Shown here: one piece after another, positions 28,297 to 37,539 of the stretch
How the letters are laid out: each line of letters starts with the position of its first letter
How positions within the stretch are numbered: position 1 is the first letter of the stretch
NCBI GenBank assembly: GCA_028687915.1
Contig: JAQTZF010000001.1
Span: forward strand, 930,634-994,633
Direction: 5' to 3'
DNA: 64,000 bases
Source of the DNA: Candidatus Daviesbacteria bacterium
Lineage (GTDB): Bacteria; Patescibacteriota; Microgenomatia; Daviesbacterales; UBA10151
Program-made: the position numbers and the translations under genes
Notes under the pieces: model-generated
Told to the model about the DNA's origin: nothing
The model's input: only the letters and a program-made list of their open reading frames with translations
Database searches by the model: none

Positions 28297-29181
28297 TTAC
28301 CTTTGACAAGCTCCTACATTCTCATTAGGTATCAAAGGCAAGTCAACATTAACTGAAGATTGATTACTATTTAAAGCAAGAGTTGGTTCTGTAAAATAAG
28401 GATTTGATTTATATCCAGGTGGAACTGGTGAAAAACCAGGAGAAAGTGACACGTAACTGTTAGATTGCACATTTTGAGAAAAACTATAATTACCGTTACT
28501 ATCAGTATTAACAGTGGTTGAAGCAGATGTTTGAGTGTTATCAATGGTTACAGTTGCATTAGCAACTCCTTTTTCACTTGGTTCAGGAACACCATTACAA
28601 TTTATATCTTCATAGACTTTTCCGGTTAACCTAACAGTAGTCCCGGAAGGCACTGTTAAACTTTTACTACAAATATCTGTGTAAGTCCCGTCAGAACCTT
28701 GTACTTGCAATTTAGCAGTATACGTTCCGGCTTGAGGGTAGGTATGTTCCATCTGCCCATTTGATTGTTTAAGATCAGTATCCCAACTTCCATTTCCTTC
28801 AAAATCCCATTTAGCTCCTGTTAAATAAGCATTGTTATGTGAAGTGAAACTAGCTACTAAGGTTACTAATAATGGATCGCTACTAATTCCACCCATTTTT
28901 CCATAAACTACTTCAACACCACAGGTATTTTTCTGGACAGAAAAAGTTGGAGCTTTAGTTGAAGTGGGAGTTGGTGTTGAAGTTTGAGATTTAGATTTTG
29001 TAGGAGATATTGTTGATGTAGGAGAATTTTTTGTTTGAGCACTGCTGCTTGCCTGAAATGGAGTATTAGTAGTGGTTTGTGGTTGATTAAAAGGAATATT
29101 TTTTATAACTAAAAAAGAGGAGATACCAATTACTGCCAACAAAATTATAACAATTGGAGGAATAAAACCTTTTTGGTACAT
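28297..29181 (-). CDS. Surface protein: prepilin-like leader, S/T/P linker, PKD and SdrD-B-like domains
   Basis: KGFIPP plus hydrophobic helix; WDFEGNG..HTY...GTYT (PKD); GKVYED.NCNG...EKGV...TDSNGNYSF (SdrD B-like). Confidence 0.78.
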   Translation of the reverse strand: MYQKGFIPPIVIILLAVIGISSFLVIKNIPFNQPQTTTNTPFQASSSAQTKNSPTSTISPTKSKSQTSTPTPTSTKAPTFSVQKNTCGVEVVYGKMGGISSDPLLVTLVASFTSHNNAYLTGAKWDFEGNGSWDTDLKQSNGQMEHTYPQAGTYTAKLQVQGSDGTYTDICSKSLTVPSGTTVRLTGKVYEDINCNGVPEPSEKGVANATVTIDNTQTSASTTVNTDSNGNYSFSQNVQSNSYVSLSPGFSPVPPGYKSNPYFTEPTLALNSNQSSVNVDLPLIPNENVGACQR

Positions 29182-29236
29182 ACTATTAGTTTAACAATAC
29201 CAGTCGTTAAGTCAATATATGTTAGGAGGAGTATTT

Positions 29237-29695
29237 TTAAGTTTGATGGCCTAACATCAAGTCATTATATTTCTTAACCATACCTCTATACCTATCAAAA
29301 TCAGGCATATGAACTGCTCCCAGGTGATCTTTTTTTGAACATTCCCACATTCCTATTTCAGGCACAAGATAAATATTACCTTTACTGCCAAAACTATAAG
29401 AACCGGGTTCCCAACGCAAAGATCTATGACATGTAAAACACTTGGGTGCAGGCGCTTCCGGTTCTGGTGATGCTTTAAAATCTGAAAAAAGTACAATATG
29501 ACGGCTTGGATCTTTTAGTTCAACTGGTATATCTGCTAAATGAAGTTTGTGTGCAACAGTTCTTAAACCTAGACTTTTTTCTACCAAAAATGCTTCAAGT
29601 TTTGATTGGGGTGTTTCTCGTACCTCGGTCACATTACAGTCAGCTCTTTTAATAACAATAATTTTGGATTCTGTTTTTTCCAAATCAAGACTCAT
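29237..29695 (-). CDS. Hypothetical protein (orphan) with possible metal site
   Basis: CFTCH ... WECS..DH; TGC-TATAAT-8-ATG. Confidence 0.55.
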   Translation of the reverse strand: MSLDLEKTESKIIVIKRADCNVTEVRETPQSKLEAFLVEKSLGLRTVAHKLHLADIPVELKDPSRHIVLFSDFKASPEPEAPAPKCFTCHRSLRWEPGSYSFGSKGNIYLVPEIGMWECSKKDHLGAVHMPDFDRYRGMVKKYNDLMLGHQT

Positions 29696-29727
29696 AATTT
29701 AAAATTATAGCACTATCATACTACAAC

Positions 29728-30552
29728 TCAACTTTTAATATTTACTGCTTCTACTACATTTTCCATCAAAGAAATAACAGTCATTGGACCAACACCACCT
29801 GGAACCGGGGTAATTCTGGAAGCTTTATGAGCAACAGATTCAAAATCCACATCCCCTACTACTTTTCCATCTACTTTTTCAGCTCCTACATCTATTACGA
29901 TTACATTGTCTTTTACCATATCTCCAGTAATTAACCCTGGAACACCTGTAGCTGAAATTAATATATCAGCTTGTAAAGTACATTCTTTTAAATTAGTAGT
30001 TTTAGTATCACACACTTCCACATTAGCGTTCATTTTTCTTAAGCTTTCTGCTACTGGTTTTCCTACTAAATTACTAGCTCCTACTACTACCACTTTTTTG
30101 CCTTCAACAGAAATATTTTCATCTTCCAAAATAGAAATAACAGATCTGGCTGTAGCTGATAAAAATTTTCCTTTAGTGGTTAGACCATCAACATCTTTTT
30201 CTCCATCAATAAGCTCCAATAATTCACTATCATTTTTGCCTTTTAAAAATTCTTCAGGTAAAGGCAATTGAACCATAATTCCATCCACACTTTCATCCTG
30301 ATTTAGCTCTTCTATTTTAGAACAAACAACTTCCCACTCGACAAGTGGGGAAGCTAAATGAATTGGTTGGAAGTTGATTCCAATCTCAATAGCTTTTTTT
30401 TGCTTGATGTTAGTATATAAAACAGAAGGAGCGTCTTCTCCTATCAAAAAAGAAACCACTTTTGGGGTTTTATTTAAAGTTTTTATAACTTCTTCTAATT
30501 TTTGCTGTCTTAAGAGGGCAAGCTTTCTGCCATCGATTATGTTATCTTCCAT
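29728..30552 (-). CDS. folD: Methylenetetrahydrofolate dehydrogenase/cyclohydrolase
   Basis: GIMVQLPLP, KDVDG, VGKP, ITPVPGGVGPMT. Confidence 0.95.
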   Translation of the reverse strand: MEDNIIDGRKLALLRQQKLEEVIKTLNKTPKVVSFLIGEDAPSVLYTNIKQKKAIEIGINFQPIHLASPLVEWEVVCSKIEELNQDESVDGIMVQLPLPEEFLKGKNDSELLELIDGEKDVDGLTTKGKFLSATARSVISILEDENISVEGKKVVVVGASNLVGKPVAESLRKMNANVEVCDTKTTNLKECTLQADILISATGVPGLITGDMVKDNVIVIDVGAEKVDGKVVGDVDFESVAHKASRITPVPGGVGPMTVISLMENVVEAVNIKS

Positions 30553-30599
30553 GGCTATATCTTATGCTATTTGAGGCTAAAAAACAAATATAGGATTAG

Positions 30600-31889
30600 T
30601 TAATTTATCCCTGGAACAGGGAACTTTTCTGCAAATGTTTTTATTTCTGCTCTAATAATTTTTAAGTTTTTATTTGTGTGTAACTTTTTCTTAGTTTCTT
30701 TTAAGAAATCTTTTCTTAAATCCTGTTCCTGTGGTAAATCTAATCCTCTTATTTCTTCCAAAGCCCTTTTTATCCAACCAGCAATTTTAATCATATCTTT
30801 TTCCTTCATTCCTCTGGTGGTTAAAGCAGGAGTACCTAGTCTTATCCCAGAAGGATAAAAAGGAGAGGCAGGTTCACCAGGAATAGTATTTTTATTTACA
30901 GTAATACCTGCTTCTTCCAAAGCATATTGAGCCTGATAACCCATTCCATAACCATAACTGGTCAAAGGCATTAGTACCAGATGAACTTCTGAGGTTGTAT
31001 CTAATTCTTTTGCCAAAACAGCAGCATTTTTTGCAACTTGAGCAGCATATTTTTTAAAAGAAGGCTGTAAAGCTTCTTCTAGAGATACTGCAATAGCAGC
31101 AGTTTGATGATTATGAGGTCCACCCTGTAAACCTGGAATAATTGCTCTTTCAATTTTAGATTTAATTTCCGGATCTTTTTTTAAGCCTCTTTCAGTCACC
31201 ATTACCATAGCTCCTCTTGGACCCCTTAAAGTTTTATGAGTTGTGGTTGTAATAATATCAGCAAAGGGGGCAGGAGATTCATGTACTCCTCCTACAATTA
31301 AACCTGCAATATGAGCAATATCTGCAACCAATGTTGCCCCAACTTTATCTGCAATTTTTCTAAATTTTTTATAATCTAGTTTATAGGGATAAGCTGTTGT
31401 TCCTGCCCAAATTAATTTTGGTTTATGTTTTAGTGCTAAAGCTTCTAGCTCTTCAAAATCTATTTTCCAGTCTTTACCAACATTATAATTAACTGCTTTA
31501 TAAAAAATACTGGAAAAACTTAAATTAGCTCCATGGGTTAAATGCCCTCCTGAAGAAAGAGCTAACCCCATTACGGTATCCCCTGGACTACATACAGCCA
31601 TGGTTACAGCCATATTGGCAGGGGAACCGGAATAAGATTGGACTAAAGCAACCGGCACATTAAATAACTTTTTAGCCAAATCAACTGCATAATTTTCTAT
31701 TTCATCAATCACTTCATTCCCACCATAATACCTTCTGCCAGGAAAACCTTCAGAATATTTATTTGTGAGTATTGAACCAAGTGCTTTTAAAACATCTGAG
31801 GACACATAGTTTTCAGACGGAATCATCTCCAAGCCTGTAACTTGTCTTATCTTTTCTTTTTCAATTAAAGGAAACACCTTGCTTGCCAT
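30600..31889 (-). CDS. glyA: Serine hydroxymethyltransferase
   Basis: IPSENY, NKYSEG.PGRRYYGG, GGHLTHG, TTTHKTLRGPRG, SGIRLGTPA. Confidence 0.97.
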   Translation of the reverse strand: MASKVFPLIEKEKIRQVTGLEMIPSENYVSSDVLKALGSILTNKYSEGFPGRRYYGGNEVIDEIENYAVDLAKKLFNVPVALVQSYSGSPANMAVTMAVCSPGDTVMGLALSSGGHLTHGANLSFSSIFYKAVNYNVGKDWKIDFEELEALALKHKPKLIWAGTTAYPYKLDYKKFRKIADKVGATLVADIAHIAGLIVGGVHESPAPFADIITTTTHKTLRGPRGAMVMVTERGLKKDPEIKSKIERAIIPGLQGGPHNHQTAAIAVSLEEALQPSFKKYAAQVAKNAAVLAKELDTTSEVHLVLMPLTSYGYGMGYQAQYALEEAGITVNKNTIPGEPASPFYPSGIRLGTPALTTRGMKEKDMIKIAGWIKRALEEIRGLDLPQEQDLRKDFLKETKKKLHTNKNLKIIRAEIKTFAEKFPVPGIN

Positions 31890-31900
31890 AATTTTTACTA

Positions 31901-31928
31901 TCTTAATTCATTAATCTTAAATCGTAAA
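31901..31928. repeat. Degenerate 7-nt periodic array between dnaX and glyA
   Basis: tcttaat tcattaa tcttaaa tcgtaaa. Confidence 0.5.
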
Positions 31929-31931
31929 CAA

Positions 31932-33509
31932 CTAGTTTATAGTTTCTGAATTAAAGATTTCTGCAGCGATTCTGACAATCTCATCATCAGCTGCTACTTC
32001 TATATTAGATACCTCTTCTCTTTGAACAGGTCTTTTTCCTAAAGCAGTAGCAACCTTAATTTGTCTGCCTAAAATATCTGAAAAAACAGACTCCAATAAA
32101 TCTCTTGATTTTGCAGACTCTAAAATTCTCTGATGAAAAGCATAAGGCACTTCCACTACCACGCTGCTTTCTCCACATTCCAAAATCTTTGATGAACGCA
32201 TCAAAGCTTCAAGTGAAAAGTTATATGCTTTAACAGTTTCCAAAATATAATTCCATCGTTCTGCAATTTTTTGGAGGTCAGAAGAATCTGGATTATCAGA
32301 GTCTTGGAGTGTCTGAGTATCGGCAATTTCAGGTTCACCAACCTGCTGCTCCACCAGCTCTCTGACTTTCTGACTTTCTGTCTCTTGCTGAAGATCGTCA
32401 GATCGCAAGCTCTGCTTATCTGATCTCACCTGCTTCTCTACTCCACAGCTTTCAACTAAAGCAATTTCCAAAGGTAAAATTGGAATTGAAGTATACCTGG
32501 CCTGTTCTAAACTAGTTTGAATGTTATTGATGATAAAAACCACCTGATCAGTTTCAAAACTTGCTGCGATATCACAAAGTTGTTGATATTTTTCTTCACT
32601 ATTTTCTGCTTTAACAAATCTTTCTCCTAATCCATTTTTTATATATAAAATTTGCCTGAGACTATCTAAAAGAGATAATGTTAATTCTTTAATATTTATT
32701 CCAGTTTGAATCTGCTCATTCAACTTATCTAAAACATCAGATGATTTTTTTAGAGAAATACTTTTTAATAGATTTAATGTTTGGCTAAAATCTCCAGAAC
32801 CCAATCCTTCAAGTACTATCTTACTATCAATTTTTTTAAAAGAAGACAATTGGTCTAAAAATTTAATTGCATCACGAAAACTCCCTCCAGCTTTTTTAGC
32901 AAGTGTTAATACTGCCTCTTCATCAATTTCAATCTCTTCTAATGCAGCTGCTTTTTTTATTAACTCTGCAGCTTCTGTGACTGTTGCTTGTTTAAAATCA
33001 ATCCGCGTTACCCGGGATAAAATAGTTGCAGGAATCTTTTGGACTTCCGTAGTCGCTAAAATAAAAATAACATGACTAGGGGGCTCTTCTAGGGTTTTTA
33101 AAAGGGCATTAAATGCATCCCCCGAAAGCATGTGCACCTCATCAATTATGTAGACCTTTTTCTTTAAAGAAGATGCTGCAAGTTTAATAGTATCTTTTAA
33201 ATTTCTAATATCTTCTATACCACGATTGGATGCTGCATCCATTTCAATCACATCCATGTTGGTGCCTTGGGTGATTGATAAACAAGCATCACATCTATTA
33301 CAAGGAATCACACCCTCCTTTGCCTCACAATTAACCATCTTGGCTAAGATTCTGGCAGTAGAAGTTTTACCAGTTCCACGGGGTCCACAAAAAAGATAAG
33401 CATGAGCTAATTTTTGGGCCTTAAAAGCAGATAGTAATGAATTTTTTGCAGTCTGTTGACCAATTAATTCATCAAGGGTTTGTGAGCGATATTTCCTGTA
33501 GAGAACCAT
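31932..33509 (-). CDS. dnaX: DNA polymerase III subunit gamma/tau
   Basis: LYRKYR, GPRGTGKTS, DAASNRG, IIDEVHML, NALLKTLEEPP. Confidence 0.97.
   Translation of the reverse strand: MVLYRKYRSQTLDELIGQQTAKNSLLSAFKAQKLAHAYLFCGPRGTGKTSTARILAKMVNCEAKEGVIPCNRCDACLSITQGTNMDVIEMDAASNRGIEDIRNLKDTIKLAASSLKKKVYIIDEVHMLSGDAFNALLKTLEEPPSHVIFILATTEVQKIPATILSRVTRIDFKQATVTEAAELIKKAAALEEIEIDEEAVLTLAKKAGGSFRDAIKFLDQLSSFKKIDSKIVLEGLGSGDFSQTLNLLKSISLKKSSDVLDKLNEQIQTGINIKELTLSLLDSLRQILYIKNGLGERFVKAENSEEKYQQLCDIAASFETDQVVFIINNIQTSLEQARYTSIPILPLEIALVESCGVEKQVRSDKQSLRSDDLQQETESQKVRELVEQQVGEPEIADTQTLQDSDNPDSSDLQKIAERWNYILETVKAYNFSLEALMRSSKILECGESSVVVEVPYAFHQRILESAKSRDLLESVFSDILGRQIKVATALGKRPVQREEVSNIEVAADDEIVRIAAEIFNSETIN
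32275..32440. repeat. 8-nt periodic TCTGA/TCAGA repeat tract in the dnaX linker
   Basis: tctgactt tctgactt tctgtctc (32361-32384), tctgctta tctgatct (32411-32426), opposite-sense tcaga copies; 75 of 160 bases are G+C in 32281-32440. Confidence 0.6.
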
Positions 33510-33567
33510 AAGCAGCTATTAGTCTACATTTTTCAAAGAAGAGATGAAAGATAGTAAATTGGATTAC

Positions 33568-33591
33568 AATCCTGAGCGTAGTCGAAGGGTT
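33568..33591. repeat. Single REP-like hairpin at the ybeY 3' end
   Basis: aatcct-gagcgtagtcga-agggtt; same stem and loop pattern as the rarA insert. Confidence 0.7.
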
Positions 33592-33979
33592 AGTCGTGAT
33601 GGATGCCCAATAAATGGGTAGTTCCGTGAGTCACCAAAAAATTAACTTCATCTTCAATTGATTTTCCATCTAAGGACGCGTCTTCTATAGCCTGAGGATA
33701 TGAAATAACAATAGATCCTAAACGTAAAATATTATCAGGAAAAGCAATAAATCCTGTACCATTTCCTTCTTCTAAACAAAATGATAAAACATCTGTCGTT
33801 TTATCAATCCCGCGGTATTTTTTATTTAATTCATGCATTTTTCTGTCCCCCACTACAGATACTTCAACTTCTACATGACTGGTGACTTTATGTTGAGCTA
33901 GTACATCAATAACAGCATCCTGAACTGCAGCGCGATTAACTTCATATCTGGGATCTGATGTAATAATTACGTTAACCAT
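33590..33979 (-). CDS. ybeY: rRNA maturation RNase YbeY
   Basis: LNKKYRG.DK.TDVLSF, HGTTHLLGIHH. Confidence 0.95.
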   Translation of the reverse strand: MVNVIITSDPRYEVNRAAVQDAVIDVLAQHKVTSHVEVEVSVVGDRKMHELNKKYRGIDKTTDVLSFCLEEGNGTGFIAFPDNILRLGSIVISYPQAIEDASLDGKSIEDEVNFLVTHGTTHLLGIHHD

Positions 33980-34438
33980 TTAACCTTGACCTAACTTTTC
34001 TTTAACTAACATAGAAATTCTTGAACCATCTGCAGAACCTTTTACTTTACTCATAACAATACCAATTACCTTACCCATATCACTTATTCCAGTGGCACCT
34101 GTTTGGGAAATTGCTTCATCAATCATTATTTTTAATTCCTCATCTGATAATTGTTTGGGTAAATATTGCGACAATATTTCTGCCTCATTTTCTTCTTTTA
34201 ATGCACTCTCTTCTCTGCCGCCCTGTCTAAAACCATCTGCAGCTTCTTTTCTCTTTTTCACTTCTTTTTGGATAACTGTGATTATTTCTTCATCAGAAAG
34301 TGGTTTATCTTCACCCTCATTTTTCTTAATTTGAACATAACGAATTTCTGATAAGAGAAGCCTTAAGGTATTAACCTTGGCTTCGTTTTTATCAAGTTGC
34401 GATTGCCTTAAATCTTGTTGTAGATCTTCAAATAACAT
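33980..34438 (-). CDS. GatB/YqeY domain protein
   Basis: KEVKKRKEA, YLPKQLS, DMGKVIG; follows rpsU. Confidence 0.92.
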   Translation of the reverse strand: MLFEDLQQDLRQSQLDKNEAKVNTLRLLLSEIRYVQIKKNEGEDKPLSDEEIITVIQKEVKKRKEAADGFRQGGREESALKEENEAEILSQYLPKQLSDEELKIMIDEAISQTGATGISDMGKVIGIVMSKVKGSADGSRISMLVKEKLGQG

Positions 34439-34635
34439 TAGCTGTTAAAACTCCTGGCCCTCATAATTTTTCTAAGGCGGGTAGCTCTTCTTTCTTGTCT
34501 TTTTTCAGAATCACTTTTATGATATTCACGATCTCGATATTCCTGAATGACGTTTTCTAGTGCTACTTTTTTTTGAAATTTACGAATTACAGCATCGGTA
34601 GTATCTTTTGGTCCTTTACGAACTATTATTGACAT
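34438..34635 (-). CDS. rpsU: 30S ribosomal protein S21
   Basis: AVIRKFQKKV, REYHKSDSEKR; rpsU-yqeY-ybeY order. Confidence 0.85.
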   Translation of the reverse strand: MSIIVRKGPKDTTDAVIRKFQKKVALENVIQEYRDREYHKSDSEKRQERRATRLRKIMRARSFNS

Positions 34636-34700
34636 TTTTGTTGCGTTTTTTAATAAAACGCTATAAATGACACCTCCTTTTACTTTGTTGGATAATTGTA
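34636..34700 (-). promoter_or_regulatory. rpsU leader: -10 TACAAT, SD AAAGGAGGTG, 7-bp hairpin between SD and AUG
   Basis: SD 34671-34680; hairpin gcgtttt/aaaacgc 34643-34661; AUG 34635. Confidence 0.6.
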
Positions 34701-34720
34701 CTACTTTTTTGTAAGAGAAT

Positions 34721-35749
34721 CTAGGCCGCTAAATTTGAAACCAATGTTTTAAGCTTATCGAGTGTTTTAATTTGTCTTAAACTATGCTTTAAATGCAATC
34801 TTGGTTCTTCTTGTTCAAATTGCGCTTTCATCCTGGCATCCTGAATTTTATCAACTTCTGCTTGTAATTCCGGGTCTGTAACTTCAACACCTTCTAATCT
34901 GGCAACTTCTGATAAACCAAGCTCCATTTTTACATTCTTTTCTGCTTGTACTTTCCATTCTTCTTTTAAACTTTCAATCGTTTTGTTTTGGCCTTTTAAA
35001 TAATCTTCAAGTAACAATCCCATATCTGCCACTCTTTTTTGAAGTTGCACTAACATCCTGTTTAATTCATCTGTAACTAATATTTCTGGAACATCAACAG
35101 TAGTAATTGCTTCAACTTGTTGCAAAATTAATTCTTCATAATCTAATTCATTATTATATTTTGCTTCATTTTCCAAGTCTGCTTTTAATTTTGTTTTTAA
35201 ATCAGCTAAGCTTAAAGCACCTACTGCTTTGGCAAAATTATCATCAGGCGTTTCTGAAACCGGGGTAACTGGTGTACCAACTGAAGGCTGTCTGGTTTTC
35301 CACCTCTTAAACATTTCTTCAATCATTTTATTTACATCTTCATCAGTAATAACTTTTGGAGCAGGTTTTGAAACCTTAATACCTTTGTAATTTCCCACAG
35401 TTATTTGTGGTTTTTGAGTAACAAGAGCTTTAAAGACAAGTGGTTGTCCTTTTGCAAAAGAAACAAGTTGATATTTAGGATAATCAATAGGAACTACGTT
35501 GCTTCCTTGTAATGCTTCAACCAAAGCTTGTGGCATCACAATCTTAAAAAATTCATCATTTAATTTTGTACCAAGATTTTGTTCTGCCATAGCAGGGGGG
35601 ACCTGACCTTTTCTAAAACCAGGCAGTTCAAGTTCTGCTGTTAGATGTTGCAAGGCTTCGTTCCATTTTGGTTCTAAATCTGCCCATGGAACTGTCACAG
35701 AAATTTCAACAACAGATTTTGGTTGATTTACAATATTTTTAGTAACCAT
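34721..35749 (-). CDS. tig: Trigger factor lacking the FKBP domain
   Basis: LPGFRKG signature, then PDDNFAK directly into the C-terminal domain; only 342 aa. Confidence 0.9.
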   Translation of the reverse strand: MVTKNIVNQPKSVVEISVTVPWADLEPKWNEALQHLTAELELPGFRKGQVPPAMAEQNLGTKLNDEFFKIVMPQALVEALQGSNVVPIDYPKYQLVSFAKGQPLVFKALVTQKPQITVGNYKGIKVSKPAPKVITDEDVNKMIEEMFKRWKTRQPSVGTPVTPVSETPDDNFAKAVGALSLADLKTKLKADLENEAKYNNELDYEELILQQVEAITTVDVPEILVTDELNRMLVQLQKRVADMGLLLEDYLKGQNKTIESLKEEWKVQAEKNVKMELGLSEVARLEGVEVTDPELQAEVDKIQDARMKAQFEQEEPRLHLKHSLRQIKTLDKLKTLVSNLAA

Positions 35750-35841
35750 ATCTTGTGTAATTTAACAGAAATTAATAATAAAATCAATCAGAAAACCAAT
35801 TAATTGACATAAAAGTAAAACATGATAATATATTTTCAACC

Positions 35842-36270
35842 ATGAGCAACCGCACAGAAACTATTAAAATATGTTTAAATGATGAGGGAGAAGGTGAAGC
35901 AGCAAATAAATTAGTGGCCATATTGCCTCCTACTGAACAGAGAATTTACCTTGGTAAACCAGAAAGTTCTCTTCAAAATATAAAGGCTTTAAGTAAAATC
36001 AATGCTGTCAAAACCCTTCCTCTCTGCGGTGCCTCAGCTTTGACTCTTATTGATGGTGTGGTTAGATTTGGAACTGCTTTAACTACTCCTGACTGGTTGA
36101 CATTCATAGGAGCAGGAACAGAAATTGGAGTAAGTATTGGGGCAGGGATTCTTAGTTATGGATATTATCTAAGACACGAGAATATACTTTACAGTATTGA
36201 AGTTGCTTTAACAAATAAAATTAAAACCAGTCTTTTACAAAACCTTGACCAACACCCTTCTATAGATTAG
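35842..36270 (+). CDS. Hypothetical membrane protein (orphan)
   Basis: Two weakly hydrophobic segments; TTGACA upstream. Confidence 0.55.
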   Translation: MSNRTETIKICLNDEGEGEAANKLVAILPPTEQRIYLGKPESSLQNIKALSKINAVKTLPLCGASALTLIDGVVRFGTALTTPDWLTFIGAGTEIGVSIGAGILSYGYYLRHENILYSIEVALTNKIKTSLLQNLDQHPSID

Positions 36271-37511
36271 CTTTTAGCCAGTAATTTAAGTAGATCTTCT
36301 AAACTCATAAATTCTGTGGTTTTTTCATTCCTTTTCTTAACTTCTAATTTACCTTCAGTCTTTTTAGAGATAACTATTCTATAAGGGATACCTACTAAAT
36401 CAGCTGTAGCAAATTTTTCTCCAGCTGAAACATCTACTCTATCATCAAATAGAACCTCTATTCCTTCTGTTTGTAATTGTTTATAAACTTTTTCTGCTTC
36501 TGATTTGATATTTTCTTCACTTTGATCTAAACCTATCAGATGAATCTTAAAAGGGGCCACACTCTCTGGCCAAATAATTCCTTTCTCATCATTAAATTTT
36601 TCTACAATTACTCCCATCACCCTGGAGATTCCCAAGCCATAACAACCCATGATAGGAAAGGATTTTTTTCCTTCTCTATCTAAGAAAGAAAGATTAAAGT
36701 CTTTTCCATATTTTTGACCCAGATCAAAAACATTACCTACTTCTGATGCTTTTGCTTGGTCCAATTTACCCCCACACCTTGGGCATGGATCACCGACCTT
36801 CATTTTGGCAATTTCGACATTTACACAAAAATCACAATCTGAACAATATAAAATATCATCCTCTCCTGCATCAGTTAAAACCATAAACTCATAGGAAATT
36901 TTTTCGGAAAAGCTACCACCAGAAGCTTCTGTTACTTTTGCTGTTAAACCAAGTTTTTCATAAATTTTTAAATATGATTTTTTAACAGTTTCATAATATT
37001 TCAAAAAATCTTCCTGTGTTTCATGAAAGCTATACATGTCTTTCATATAAAATTCTCTCCCTCTTAATATTCCTGACTTTGCCCTAAGTTCATCTCTAAA
37101 TTTCCAGTGAATTTGATAAACAGAAAGCGGTAAATCTTTATATGTATTAACCCTGCTCATTACCAAAGGAGTAACAACTTCTTCCTCACTTTGGCCCAAA
37201 GCATATTCTTTTTCTGTTCTGCTGTTAATTTTAAATAATACATCAATTTTTCCCCAGCCACCTGTTGTTTCCCAAATTGATTTAGGATGTAAAATAGGCA
37301 TTAAAACTTCCTGGCCTTCCACTGCATCCATTTCTTCTCTGACAATTTGTTCAATCTTGTTAAGAACTCTTAAACCTAAAGGCAAATAGCTGTAAACTCC
37401 AGCCATAAGCTGATCAACAAATCCAGCCTGAGTTAGTAGTTTATGATTTATAGTTTCAGCTTCTTTTGGAGGCTGTCTTAATGTCTTAGAAAAAAGTTTT
37501 GAATATTTCAT
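36267..37511 (-). CDS. proS: Proline--tRNA ligase (short form, no editing domain)
   Basis: GVYSYLPLG, KFRDELRAKSGILRGREFYMKD, MGCYGLG; 414 aa. Confidence 0.95.
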   Translation of the reverse strand: MKYSKLFSKTLRQPPKEAETINHKLLTQAGFVDQLMAGVYSYLPLGLRVLNKIEQIVREEMDAVEGQEVLMPILHPKSIWETTGGWGKIDVLFKINSRTEKEYALGQSEEEVVTPLVMSRVNTYKDLPLSVYQIHWKFRDELRAKSGILRGREFYMKDMYSFHETQEDFLKYYETVKKSYLKIYEKLGLTAKVTEASGGSFSEKISYEFMVLTDAGEDDILYCSDCDFCVNVEIAKMKVGDPCPRCGGKLDQAKASEVGNVFDLGQKYGKDFNLSFLDREGKKSFPIMGCYGLGISRVMGVIVEKFNDEKGIIWPESVAPFKIHLIGLDQSEENIKSEAEKVYKQLQTEGIEVLFDDRVDVSAGEKFATADLVGIPYRIVISKKTEGKLEVKKRNEKTTEFMSLEDLLKLLAKS

Positions 37512-37539
37512 ATTAGTATTCTACCTCATTTCCCTATAA

